This document shows positions 1 to 8,953 of a stretch of 64,000 nucleotides of DNA, piece by piece (position 1 is the first letter of the stretch; each line of letters starts with the position of its first letter). The position numbers were made by a program, and so were the translations under genes. The notes beneath the pieces were generated by a model that saw only the letters and a program-made list of their open reading frames with translations, ran no database searches and was not told the origin of the DNA. Origin of the DNA: an uncultured virus (IMG/VR IMGVR_UViG_3300012352_000670) (taxonomy: Duplodnaviria > Heunggongvirae > Uroviricota > Caudoviricetes); the IMG/VR virus record IMGVR_UViG_3300012352_000670; one strand, 5' to 3'.

Positions 1-1098
1 ATCGATTGCTGCGTCCTCGCTGTAGTTAACGTTACCTGGAACGTTGTAGGTGCTGCCACCTACACCGATCTGGGCACTAGTTGTAGCAACTGGAGCTGGG
101 TGGCTCTCAGTTACAGAGTTAGTTGCAGTTACACGAGCACCAGCGTTTGTGATGGTGAACTCGGTGATGTCAGCAGTAATTGCTGCAGTCTCAAACTCAA
201 CGGTAAACGGTGAGGTTGTGGTTACAGCAGTAACTGTCTGGGTGCCGTTTAGCATAGAACTTACGTTCTGTACGTAGATGGTGTCGCCAACTGCAATGTT
301 GTGAGCAGCTGAGAAGGTAAGAACACCGGTGGTGTCAACAAGGGTTGCAGACGCCTTAGTTACGTTCTTTGTTGTAGGCTGCTTAGCAGTAGTTGAAGTG
401 AAGATAACCTGGTCAGTAGAGTTGTCAGTCCAAGTGTAGAAGCCTGACAGGCCGGTTGGAGCCCAGTCGGTACGTGCATAAGCGTATGGACGCTCAGCTG
501 CGATTGGGAACTCCCAGCGGCCGTCGATACCTGACTGGAATGAAGCGTTTCCAAGACCGTAGCCTTCGAAGGTGTTAGCCAATAGACCGTTTTCAATAAC
601 ACGGTCACCAGACTGACGCATCTTCACGAATGGGAATACCCAGTGGAAGTAAGGAAGAACGCCAGCGCGCTTTCCGTCCTTCACAGCGTGTGACCAAGCC
701 TCGATGGCAACACCGTTACCAGCAGGGTCGTCACCAACACCAGGAGCTGCCCAACCGACAGACTTTAGGTTAGGGTCTTCAGAAGATCCTAGGTTCTTGC
801 GAAGCAGTAGACCACCAGATAGTAGAGCTGAAAGCTCTGGGTCTGGCTCACAGATTGCGAGCTCCATGGTGATACGCTTCAGTGTGTCTGGTGCCTTGTA
901 GGTTACACATACAACACCGTTTGCACCCTTTTCAGTGATCTCGTCGCCCTCTTCATATTCTGGGGTGAACGAGATACGCATGAATGCAGAGGTGGTATAG
1001 CTGTCTCCTGGACCAGTCATCAAGTTGCCAGCAGAATCCAAACGGGTGACGCGGATAGACACACCCTGGATGCTAGCTGCATATTCTTGAGTAGCCAT
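1..1098 (-). CDS. Major tail (tube) protein, 3' end truncated by window edge
   Basis: Not in ORF track. ATG at 1098 with AAGGAG SD. Reads MATQEYAASIQGVSIRVTRLDSAGN...FTPEYEEGDEITEKGANGVVCV...LAICEPDPE, resembling cluster-B-type actinophage major tail proteins. Lies directly downstream of the capsid genes. Confidence 0.8.
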   Translation of the reverse strand, partial: MATQEYAASIQGVSIRVTRLDSAGNLMTGPGDSYTTSAFMRISFTPEYEEGDEITEKGANGVVCVTYKAPDTLKRITMELAICEPDPELSALLSGGLLLRKNLGSSEDPNLKSVGWAAPGVGDDPAGNGVAIEAWSHAVKDGKRAGVLPYFHWVFPFVKMRQSGDRVIENGLLANTFEGYGLGNASFQSGIDGRWEFPIAAERPYAYARTDWAPTGLSGFYTWTDNSTDQVIFTSTTAKQPTTKNVTKASATLVDTTGVLTFSAAHNIAVGDTIYVQNVSSMLNGTQTVTAVTTTSPFTVEFETAAITADITEFTITNAGARVTATNSVTESHPAPVATTSAQIGVGGSTYNVPGNVNYSEDAAID

Positions 1099-1117
1099 TT
1101 AGCTATTCTCCTTAGGT

Positions 1118-1993
1118 TTAGGCTGTTAGATCGACTCGAACAGCGAGGTGGATTGATGTATCAAAGTAAGCCGCAGCTGGGCGGATTGCCTTGAGACGCA
1201 TGTCATTCGCATTACCCGACACATCGTAAGCCTGGCTTAGATTGTCGTTCACGACATCAACATCGCCCACGTAAGTGCGGACGGTGCCAGTGGCGTAAAT
1301 CCATTTGTTGGTGGCTGACGCGGTAGCACCAGTTGCACCATCAGGACCAGTGCCTGAATAACCAGATCCAACAACTACTGGAGTGCCACCCATGGTTTGT
1401 AGGTGTTCTGTTCCGGCGTCGTGGAAAAGCATGTTTGAGTTGCTAGCAAGAAGTGCTGCAACGTCGCGAGTCATGTGAATTACACCCTGCTCGCCACCGT
1501 CTGATGCCTGACCGATTGAGTGCTCTAGAAGAGCAAGTGCACGCTTAGGCGAGAGAGCAGATCCGCTATTGAGAATGGTAGCAGCGGCATCGGAAAGAGC
1601 TAGGTTCGCGTGTGATTCACCCTTGCGTACAGCACCATCCCAGAGTTCGACTTCCATAGCGTGCTGGGTAATACCCTCTAGCTGACGCTTTAGTCGCTCA
1701 ATGCGGTCAAGACCGCTAAAACCTAGAGTAGAGCGTAGCTCTTCGGCTTCGATGAACCAAGGCTTGATCTCAGTGTAGTAAGTTGGTGTTCCAACAGCTA
1801 CTACTTCGCCGTCTGTAGAGTCGGTGTCGTCCCAGTTTGTGGCTGAGTAAAGAGTTGTTTCCCATTCCTGAGAAAATCCACGGACCCACTGGTCCTCGTT
1901 AGGACCATTTTCTGGCTTGACTACGGCGAGTAGGCCAAAAGCCGATGGCACAATCTTCGGTGCTGTTACTACACCAGTCTTTGTGAAAGCCAT
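1118..1993 (-). CDS. Major capsid pentamer protein (cluster-B/Rosebush-like)
   Basis: 291 aa immediately after the main capsid gene; size and synteny match hexamer/pentamer gene pairs. Confidence 0.65.
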   Translation of the reverse strand: MAFTKTGVVTAPKIVPSAFGLLAVVKPENGPNEDQWVRGFSQEWETTLYSATNWDDTDSTDGEVVAVGTPTYYTEIKPWFIEAEELRSTLGFSGLDRIERLKRQLEGITQHAMEVELWDGAVRKGESHANLALSDAAATILNSGSALSPKRALALLEHSIGQASDGGEQGVIHMTRDVAALLASNSNMLFHDAGTEHLQTMGGTPVVVGSGYSGTGPDGATGATASATNKWIYATGTVRTYVGDVDVVNDNLSQAYDVSGNANDMRLKAIRPAAAYFDTSIHLAVRVDLTA

Positions 1994-2033
1994 TTAAAAT
2001 CCTCTAAATAAAGTCTGTATTTTTACTCGTATT

Positions 2034-2057
2034 GGGAGGGCCCCGAAGGACCCTCCC
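2034..2057 (-). terminator. Strong hairpin between capsid hexamer and pentamer genes (attenuator or mRNA stabiliser)
   Basis: Minus strand GGGAGGGUCC-UUCG-GGGCCCUCCC, no U-tract. Confidence 0.6.
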
Positions 2058-2083
2058 TCAACGATAACTGCTCTATCGAACTA

Positions 2084-4093
2084 TTAGAGTTCGATGGTGG
2101 CTGCAGCGGTGCCACCAGTGGTGTCGCGCAATGCAGCAGCAACACCGTTGATTGAGATGGTCGAGGTGATCTTAAGAGCCTCGATGCCGACCTTAGCAAC
2201 ATTCTCAAAGGTCTCAGTGAACATCTTGTAGTCGTTGGTGCCGACTAGTGAAGAGTCACGGATGATACCTAGGTCTAGGGTACCGCCGTCTAGGAACAAG
2301 AATGTTCCCTCAGCGAATAGGTACCAAACGAAGCTGTCTGGGAACTCTAGAAGTGCAGATGCACCCTGTGAGCCGAAGACAGTTGCGTCTAGAGAAGCTA
2401 CTAGGTCAACGTTAACGGTTGCTAGGTAGCCGTCGATTTCTGACTTTGATACTGCAAGAGTACCGTCACCAGGCATCGATAGAGTTAGGTCAGCTGCCAT
2501 TGCCTCGTAGATCCATGAAGGAACGATTGCCTTCAAGCGGGTCTGTGGGTCAATGCGGTGACGTGAGCGGTAAGCAACAGCTGCACGACGGATCTGAACT
2601 AGGAAGTCACGACCAAAACCGATTAGGTTAGTGGTAGTAACAGCAGTCGATGCGTTACCAATCTTGGTAAGCAAGTTCTGCTCTGCTTCACGAGCGTGCT
2701 GTACAAGAGCTAGCTCGTTGTGACGAGCAATTAGCTCTGGGTAAGCGCGGGTCATCAAGTTACCGAACTGTAGCTGTAGGGTTACAGCGTCAGTTGAAAC
2801 GGTCTCTTCCTGAGCTGCAGTTACAGTCAAGCTGGTCTTGGTAGCGCTCTGTGGGTCCGCGTCAGTTGCAGCAGTCCATACACCAACAGCGTCAGCGTAG
2901 TCACCAGAAGCAAATGATGGTGGAGTTACGAAGCGGATACCGCCACGGTCAGCCTGGAAGCGAGGCAATGCATCGCGAACTGGGCGTACAGTGGTTGAAC
3001 CGATCGAGAAGATGTCGTACTTGACTTCGAATGGAGCAGCGTGGCCACCAGAAGCAACAAGTGCGTCCTGACCTACAACGTTACCAATCTTCAGTGCGTT
3101 CTCTTCTGCGTTAGCAGTTAGGGTACGCTCTTCTGGGTACTGGGTGGTGATAGATGCAACGATGTGCTGCTCTCCATCGCCGCCGTTTACACGACGTAGC
3201 GAGTGGATACGCTTCTCCATAGCCGAAGCTACTTCGTACATGTCGTTGATGGTGCTGCCTGCGGTGTAGCCAGGGATGTCTGCGCCAGCGGTGATTGCCA
3301 CTGGAGCTGCCTCTGATACCTGAACTACAGGCTGACGGTCAGCTGGAGCCTCAAAAGGCTGTTCTGCTGCGGCGCTCACTAGTGCCTGCTCTTTCTGCTC
3401 TTCTACGAGAGCGGTTGTTGTTTCTAAAGTGGTTTCTTCGGCTGATGCTTCTGATCCCTCTACTGCTTCTACAACTACCTCAGCCGAAGCTTCGATGGTC
3501 TCTACTTCTACCTCGGCAGCAGGTGCTTCTTCAGCAACTACTTCCTCAGCAGAACCGTCTGCAGTAATGGTCTCGTCCACAGTCTCAACCGATTCGGTCG
3601 ATAGTTCAGAATCTGATTCCTGGTCAATTGATGCTTCAGCTTCAGTCTCAGCAGAAGTTTCGGTCTCGGCTGATGCCTTTATGGCCTCATCCTCGTCTTC
3701 TTCTTCCTTTTCAGCAGGCTCTACTTCTTCAGCAGGGCTAGCCTCTTCAACTGGTGCTTCTTCTACAGGAGCCTCTTCAACAGGGGCGTCCTCTACGATT
3801 GGCATGTCTTCCATAGCCATTTCCTCTCCTTCTTCGGCTCCACCCTTAATACGGGCAGTAGCCTCAGCCGCACGAGCAGCTAACTCTTCAGCGAGGGCCT
3901 CGCGACGAGAAAGCTCACCACGTACGATGTCAAGGGAATCCGCAAGGGATGTCATCGCATCAACTGACGCAGAAGTTGGTTCATCAGCATCGATCGACTC
4001 AAACTCGCCGACGATCTGGGTCTGAAGCTCAGCGAGTTGTTCATCGCTAAGATCAGCCAGAGTGTCTAGCTGTGTTTTAATCTGGTCGTACAC
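2084..4093 (-). CDS. Major capsid hexamer protein with N-terminal acidic scaffold-like region
   Basis: 669 aa. Coiled-coil plus E/A-rich N-terminal ~240 aa, then ALVASGG, RPVRDALPRFQADRGG and FLFLDGGTLDLGIIRDS motifs of actinophage MCPs. GGAGG SD. Confidence 0.85.
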   Translation of the reverse strand: MYDQIKTQLDTLADLSDEQLAELQTQIVGEFESIDADEPTSASVDAMTSLADSLDIVRGELSRREALAEELAARAAEATARIKGGAEEGEEMAMEDMPIVEDAPVEEAPVEEAPVEEASPAEEVEPAEKEEEDEDEAIKASAETETSAETEAEASIDQESDSELSTESVETVDETITADGSAEEVVAEEAPAAEVEVETIEASAEVVVEAVEGSEASAEETTLETTTALVEEQKEQALVSAAAEQPFEAPADRQPVVQVSEAAPVAITAGADIPGYTAGSTINDMYEVASAMEKRIHSLRRVNGGDGEQHIVASITTQYPEERTLTANAEENALKIGNVVGQDALVASGGHAAPFEVKYDIFSIGSTTVRPVRDALPRFQADRGGIRFVTPPSFASGDYADAVGVWTAATDADPQSATKTSLTVTAAQEETVSTDAVTLQLQFGNLMTRAYPELIARHNELALVQHAREAEQNLLTKIGNASTAVTTTNLIGFGRDFLVQIRRAAVAYRSRHRIDPQTRLKAIVPSWIYEAMAADLTLSMPGDGTLAVSKSEIDGYLATVNVDLVASLDATVFGSQGASALLEFPDSFVWYLFAEGTFLFLDGGTLDLGIIRDSSLVGTNDYKMFTETFENVAKVGIEALKITSTISINGVAAALRDTTGGTAAATIEL

Positions 4094-4218
4094 TGTACCT
4101 CCTAGGCCAGTATTGGTTTATGAATAAGAAATTCTCATTCATGGTGAACAGTCAAGGCTGAGGGACTCAGCACACAATGTGCGAGGCGCTCCACCTATCA
4201 CTAATTGTACCTTACTTT

Positions 4219-7200
4219 TTAGGTAAGGAGTCTGAGCAGGGTGTTCATCTCTGACTGAATTTCAGCCTGAGAATAGACATCTGCACCGGACATAAAGGAC
4301 TTCAGGTTTGCGGTTGCAACGTCTGAGTCCTCTTTACCGATCTTTGCTTCGACTCGAGAAATCATCCCATCGATGAGTGTCTTTAGTCCGGCAGGTAGAT
4401 CGCTAAATCTAACTTTCTGAGCTTCCTTGCCGAATGGCAATGGAAGGTTGGCAATCGTCTTGCCTAGCTCCGCTGCAGTCGAGCGGACGTTTTCTAGAGA
4501 CTCAGGGTTTAGGGCCTTGGTGTCTAGACGGTCAATCATTCCTAGTAGCTCGCTGCTAGCTTTCGCTGAGTTCACGTAGTCGCCAGCAAACTCTAGGTTT
4601 TCAGCAGTCTCTACCTTTTCTAGGGCCTTCTGAAGACCAGCTACACCTAGGTTCTGCTTTAGACGAGCAAGAACCTTACGGTACTTGCCCTTAGCATCAC
4701 GAGGCTGAGTCTTTGGAGTGTACTTACTGCGACCCTCTGCGTCATAGACTTCCTTAGCAGTGGTCTTACCTGTACGGATGTCTTCAGCAATCTTGATCTC
4801 TTCTTCAGTCTGCTTGTCAGCTTCCTGCTTAGCTTCTTTCAGCTTTTCTAGATCGGCATCAGAAATTTCTTTGGCTGGAGCTTCTGCAAACTCTGCTAGT
4901 CGAGAGCGCATCGAAGCAACAATAGTAGCAGCCTCGGTTGATCCGGCTGACTTCCATTCGTCTGGAATTAGATATGCCTTACCAAGAGCCTTGGCTCGCT
5001 TAACAATGTGCTTGCGAACGGTAACACGCTTCTCGCGCTTTGCACGTCCATATGCCTGAATTGCATTACGTAGATCTTGCTCGTTACGAATAGGGTACGA
5101 GCCGTCTGGAAGAGCGAAGCCCTTGTCAGCAAGTTCAGATCGTTCTTCTTCAGAGAACTTAGCTAGCTCGGCAACAGCCGCAGCAACTAGAGCACGGGTC
5201 TTTAGTTCTTCTGCTTTAGTAGCAGCGGCAACAATAGCCTGCTTCTTTACAGCCTTCTTAGCTGACTTAACGCGAGAGCGTAGATCAGGAGCATTAGCCG
5301 AAAGCTCAGCTAGGTTGTATGCACGCTCAGACAGAGTTGCTACGTGCTGGCTCTTCATGATTGCCATCATGCTTGCGCCAGCCGCAACTAGAGCCATAAC
5401 CTTACCTGAAGCAACCATTGCGCGAGCAATTGGGAAGCCTGGAACGTTTACTTGGCAAACAGCAACAAGCTCAAGTGAGCCGTTGATTGGACGCCAGTCA
5501 CCAGAAGGAGCAGAAGCGCGAAGTGCACGAATCTGCATTTCAGTTGCGTCTGGACGTACAGAGCCAGAGCACCAGATACCGTACTCGTCTTCACCCATGT
5601 GGACATCGGCGATTGCAGAGGCGGTGTCGTCATAGTGCTTAGCCGCAGAAGCTGCGTTAGCAGTTAGTGGAGCGTGTCCACCAGCAAGAGTTAGCTGACC
5701 CACTGGCATGTCAGTTCCATCGGCACAGCGGACTACGCCAGTGTGGAAGTAAGCATACTTGCTCTTTGAGCGAGGTGGGCGGGTAGAGCGAGGCATACCG
5801 ATGTGGTTTACGTGCCAAGCTGCAATGTGTCCGTAAATGCGACCAGAAGGGTCAACGGTGATCGGGGTAGCCTTAGTTAGCTTAGGGTCCTTGAACCACT
5901 CTGCTGGTGGTGTCATAGGAATCTCGCCGTCAATGAATCCTGAAGCAACTAGCGGTGCGCCAGAGAATTCTTGTTCGACGGATTCTTCGTATATTCCGTC
6001 AACTGGAATCACTTCATCCTCCTGGTCTCCCGCTGGTTGTTCTTCAATAGAGATAGTGCATTCTTGGAATGCAGGCTTAGCTACAATTGTAGCAGCCATT
6101 ACACGGGCGTGATTTATAGTTAGCTTTTTCTTGCCTACGTCTTCGGTGTCCTCGGCATTTTCAGTCTTCTCTTCTTCTGCCTCGAACTGGTCTAGATCTG
6201 CAGAAACACCACGGATGAATCCGTTACGTACTAGACGCTCTGCCTCTTGACCATATGCTCCTGTATCAAAAACACCATAGGCATTTCCAATACCGTTTTC
6301 GGTTCTTTCTACGTAATCAATACGTCCAACTACTACAGATCCCATGTGACCGTCGCCGGTCTTGATCTGCCATAGGAGTGGAAGTGGAAGCTCTCGAACT
6401 GACAGAGAGTCCTTTACAAACTTACGACCATCTCCTGATTCCAAGTCTTCTGGGATCAGTAGAGGAATGTTGAACTTGGCACCGTGCTCCATTTTTGCAC
6501 CAGCGACCAGCCCTAGACGCTCTCTCGCGTCATTTGCTCTCGCAGTTAGTTCGGACTGAGCAACTACTGACTGGACCAAGTCCATCTCGCTCGCAAATAG
6601 GCTAGAAGTTTCGTTACGACGGCCCGGGTTTAGACGGCTACCAGTGTAGACACCAGTAGCGTCCTTGTGGCGTAGCTGGCAGTATCCCTTAGCACGTGGG
6701 CCCATGTACTTTGAAAGTTGACGGACGCAACGAGTCCAGTCGCCTGGAGTGCCCCAACGAATCTTGGCAGCGCCCTTACCACGAGTCCAGTATTGGCGAA
6801 GCTCTTCCGCGTTGCCACGGTTACGGTCTAGGCCGCCAGCAGCAACAAATGCATCAAAGACAGTTAGCAAGCTAGCTGCAACAGCCTCTGGAGCAGATTC
6901 TTCTGTAGGCTTTCCCTCTGCCATCTGAGACAAGACATCCTTTAGGGATTCTTTATCTAGTTCAATTACTGGAGGTTTGGTGGCCGAGCGTAGGTCAGCT
7001 AGAGTTTGGTCATCCTGAACCCACTTATCTCCCTCACGCTTATAGACAAGAGGAGTAGTGGAAGTAGCAGTCTTAGGGATAACAGCAACGAGATCAACCA
7101 TTGCCTCTGGGTCTTGCTGATCAACAATGGCAAGGTATCTAGGTCTTACGTCAGAAGTAGAAGGAGTAAGAATCTCTTCTTTTTCTTCTGCCGCTGCAAT

Positions 7201-8724
7201 AATAGAAGTCTCAGTGAACTTGGCATTTGGCCAACGCTTTTTAACAGCAGCTTTGTCAGCCGCGTTCTTTGGCTTGTAGCGTTCCTTCTCTACCCAAGAC
7301 GCGTAGTTGTTGATAAATGCATCAACATCTAGCTTCGGTAGAGTTCCCGGAAGGTGAGCCTTCTTGCTGTTCTGAGGAGTACGAGGCTCCCCGATGATCC
7401 CAGAAAAGTCCATAGGAGCTTTGCTAGCGTCATCAACACGAAGTGAGTTTGGTCGGCTGTTTGCCTTCTCTGCTGGCACTAAGTACTTAGAGCCAACCTT
7501 GACGGATCTACCGTCTTCAAGATCAACGGTGACAATGCCTGTAGCACCGTCAATGTCTCGGATTGTGCCAGAACCTCTAGCAGCATCTCCACCGATAGCT
7601 ACTTTCTGGCCTACCTTAGCAAACTGACCGGTAGCATTACGAGGCTGGTTTCCAGCATTCGCTGAACGTTCTTCTGGGGTGTAGTTTCCATCCTGATCAG
7701 AAGCTGCAGCAGTAATGACTTGGTCAATGAATTCCCAGTCTTCTCCGCCGATGCCAGCTTCCATTAAAGCCGCTTCGTCAGCGTCTAGGTCAAAAACAGA
7801 AGTCTTGCAATATGGGTCTACAGCCATACGCGCTGCAATCATAAGTGCAGACTGAGGGTCAATAATTACGTGAGACTTTTCCTCAAGATCGTAGACGTCA
7901 TCTAGCATGCGGTCATAGGTCCAGATGTCGCCATCAACGTGACCTAGGTTGTCCCAACACCCGTCATCCCAAACGTGCACAGAACCATCAATATCGATCA
8001 TGTAGAGTCGGTCAATGCCAGAACCATCTAGGCAGACTCGAGCCAAGAACTCTGGGCCGTAGTTTGCGTCAAGCTCGTGAGCGTACTTAAAAGGATTTAG
8101 CTCTTCATTCTGCTTAGGGTAGTTGATCTGATCAACGTAGTTAGAAACAGTGTATCCACCCGCAGTGACAGAGTTTTCCTTTTTGTCTTCGCGCTCAACG
8201 ATGGCACGTGCCCAGCGCCAAGCAGCGTCTCCACCCCAGAGTGCCCATGCGATACGTCCGTTAGACGGGAAGTTGTCTTCGCCCGGCTTCCAGCCTTTAC
8301 CCTTTTTGTCAACTTCGTGACGAGGGAAGTACTTTGCAATGTGGCGGATCTTACGGATGCCAATCTGACCGCCCTTAGCGAGGGTGCGGGCAGTGTTAAG
8401 GCCGACGGGAGTTCCGCCTCTGCCTTCTTCTCTGCGCCAAGCTAGGGCTTTTTCCGCCTCTGCCTGAGCTGACTTAGGAATGGTATACATCCTGTCAGCA
8501 GATGCAACAATAGCGTCTTCTTCTAGAGTGGCTATGACCTTGTCAGCAAGCAGTTGCTCTGATTGAGTGAGAGGAGTCGATGAAAGCTCCCACTTGTTTT
8601 CTGCAAATAGGTCTAGCGCTGCACCGCTGGCGACAACGGCTCCTACGGCAGTATCAATAACTACACCGTGAGTGTTGTTAGCATAGAATGCTAGTTCGCC
8701 AGAGCGGCCGATTAGGTGGTTCAT
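4219..8724 (-). CDS. Capsid maturation protease, multidomain fusion
   Basis: 1501 aa directly upstream of MCP. Central protease-like block (ESGDGRKF...LPLLWQ...GHMGSVVVGRID...GVSADLD), GRIYGHIAAW block, and accessory head domains (WALWGGD; KIRWGTPGDWTRC; LPDGSYPI). Confidence 0.75.
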   Translation of the reverse strand: MNHLIGRSGELAFYANNTHGVVIDTAVGAVVASGAALDLFAENKWELSSTPLTQSEQLLADKVIATLEEDAIVASADRMYTIPKSAQAEAEKALAWRREEGRGGTPVGLNTARTLAKGGQIGIRKIRHIAKYFPRHEVDKKGKGWKPGEDNFPSNGRIAWALWGGDAAWRWARAIVEREDKKENSVTAGGYTVSNYVDQINYPKQNEELNPFKYAHELDANYGPEFLARVCLDGSGIDRLYMIDIDGSVHVWDDGCWDNLGHVDGDIWTYDRMLDDVYDLEEKSHVIIDPQSALMIAARMAVDPYCKTSVFDLDADEAALMEAGIGGEDWEFIDQVITAAASDQDGNYTPEERSANAGNQPRNATGQFAKVGQKVAIGGDAARGSGTIRDIDGATGIVTVDLEDGRSVKVGSKYLVPAEKANSRPNSLRVDDASKAPMDFSGIIGEPRTPQNSKKAHLPGTLPKLDVDAFINNYASWVEKERYKPKNAADKAAVKKRWPNAKFTETSIIAAAEEKEEILTPSTSDVRPRYLAIVDQQDPEAMVDLVAVIPKTATSTTPLVYKREGDKWVQDDQTLADLRSATKPPVIELDKESLKDVLSQMAEGKPTEESAPEAVAASLLTVFDAFVAAGGLDRNRGNAEELRQYWTRGKGAAKIRWGTPGDWTRCVRQLSKYMGPRAKGYCQLRHKDATGVYTGSRLNPGRRNETSSLFASEMDLVQSVVAQSELTARANDARERLGLVAGAKMEHGAKFNIPLLIPEDLESGDGRKFVKDSLSVRELPLPLLWQIKTGDGHMGSVVVGRIDYVERTENGIGNAYGVFDTGAYGQEAERLVRNGFIRGVSADLDQFEAEEEKTENAEDTEDVGKKKLTINHARVMAATIVAKPAFQECTISIEEQPAGDQEDEVIPVDGIYEESVEQEFSGAPLVASGFIDGEIPMTPPAEWFKDPKLTKATPITVDPSGRIYGHIAAWHVNHIGMPRSTRPPRSKSKYAYFHTGVVRCADGTDMPVGQLTLAGGHAPLTANAASAAKHYDDTASAIADVHMGEDEYGIWCSGSVRPDATEMQIRALRASAPSGDWRPINGSLELVAVCQVNVPGFPIARAMVASGKVMALVAAGASMMAIMKSQHVATLSERAYNLAELSANAPDLRSRVKSAKKAVKKQAIVAAATKAEELKTRALVAAAVAELAKFSEEERSELADKGFALPDGSYPIRNEQDLRNAIQAYGRAKREKRVTVRKHIVKRAKALGKAYLIPDEWKSAGSTEAATIVASMRSRLAEFAEAPAKEISDADLEKLKEAKQEADKQTEEEIKIAEDIRTGKTTAKEVYDAEGRSKYTPKTQPRDAKGKYRKVLARLKQNLGVAGLQKALEKVETAENLEFAGDYVNSAKASSELLGMIDRLDTKALNPESLENVRSTAAELGKTIANLPLPFGKEAQKVRFSDLPAGLKTLIDGMISRVEAKIGKEDSDVATANLKSFMSGADVYSQAEIQSEMNTLLRLLT

Positions 8725-8785
8725 CCATCAATCCTATAAAGTCAGAAACCCTAGACTAATTTTACCCGTTATTTATTAAAGTGAT

Positions 8786-8953
8786 TTATTTGTCAGGTGT
8801 GATATCTTTGATGACAACACCGTTTTCATCAACGAATTCGCTGTCATCTTCATAATCCGGGACTGGATTGCCAAGTATCTTGGCTAGAAGAGTCCAGTAC
8901 TCAGGATCATTCTCAGTATATCCGCCTAGCATGTCAGGCTTTTCTTTACTCAT
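8786..8953 (-). CDS. Small acidic hypothetical protein (55 aa)
   Basis: MSKEKPDMLGGYTENDPEYW...; start overlaps the end of the upstream gene; GGAG SD; below the ORF-track cutoff. Confidence 0.5.
   Translation of the reverse strand: MSKEKPDMLGGYTENDPEYWTLLAKILGNPVPDYEDDSEFVDENGVVIKDITPDK

Noticed and set aside
3295..7627. Plus-strand ORFs (e.g. 3429..4025, 5123..5635)
   Set aside because: Antisense shadows of the long structural genes, Ser/Ala-rich, with no SD or motifs.
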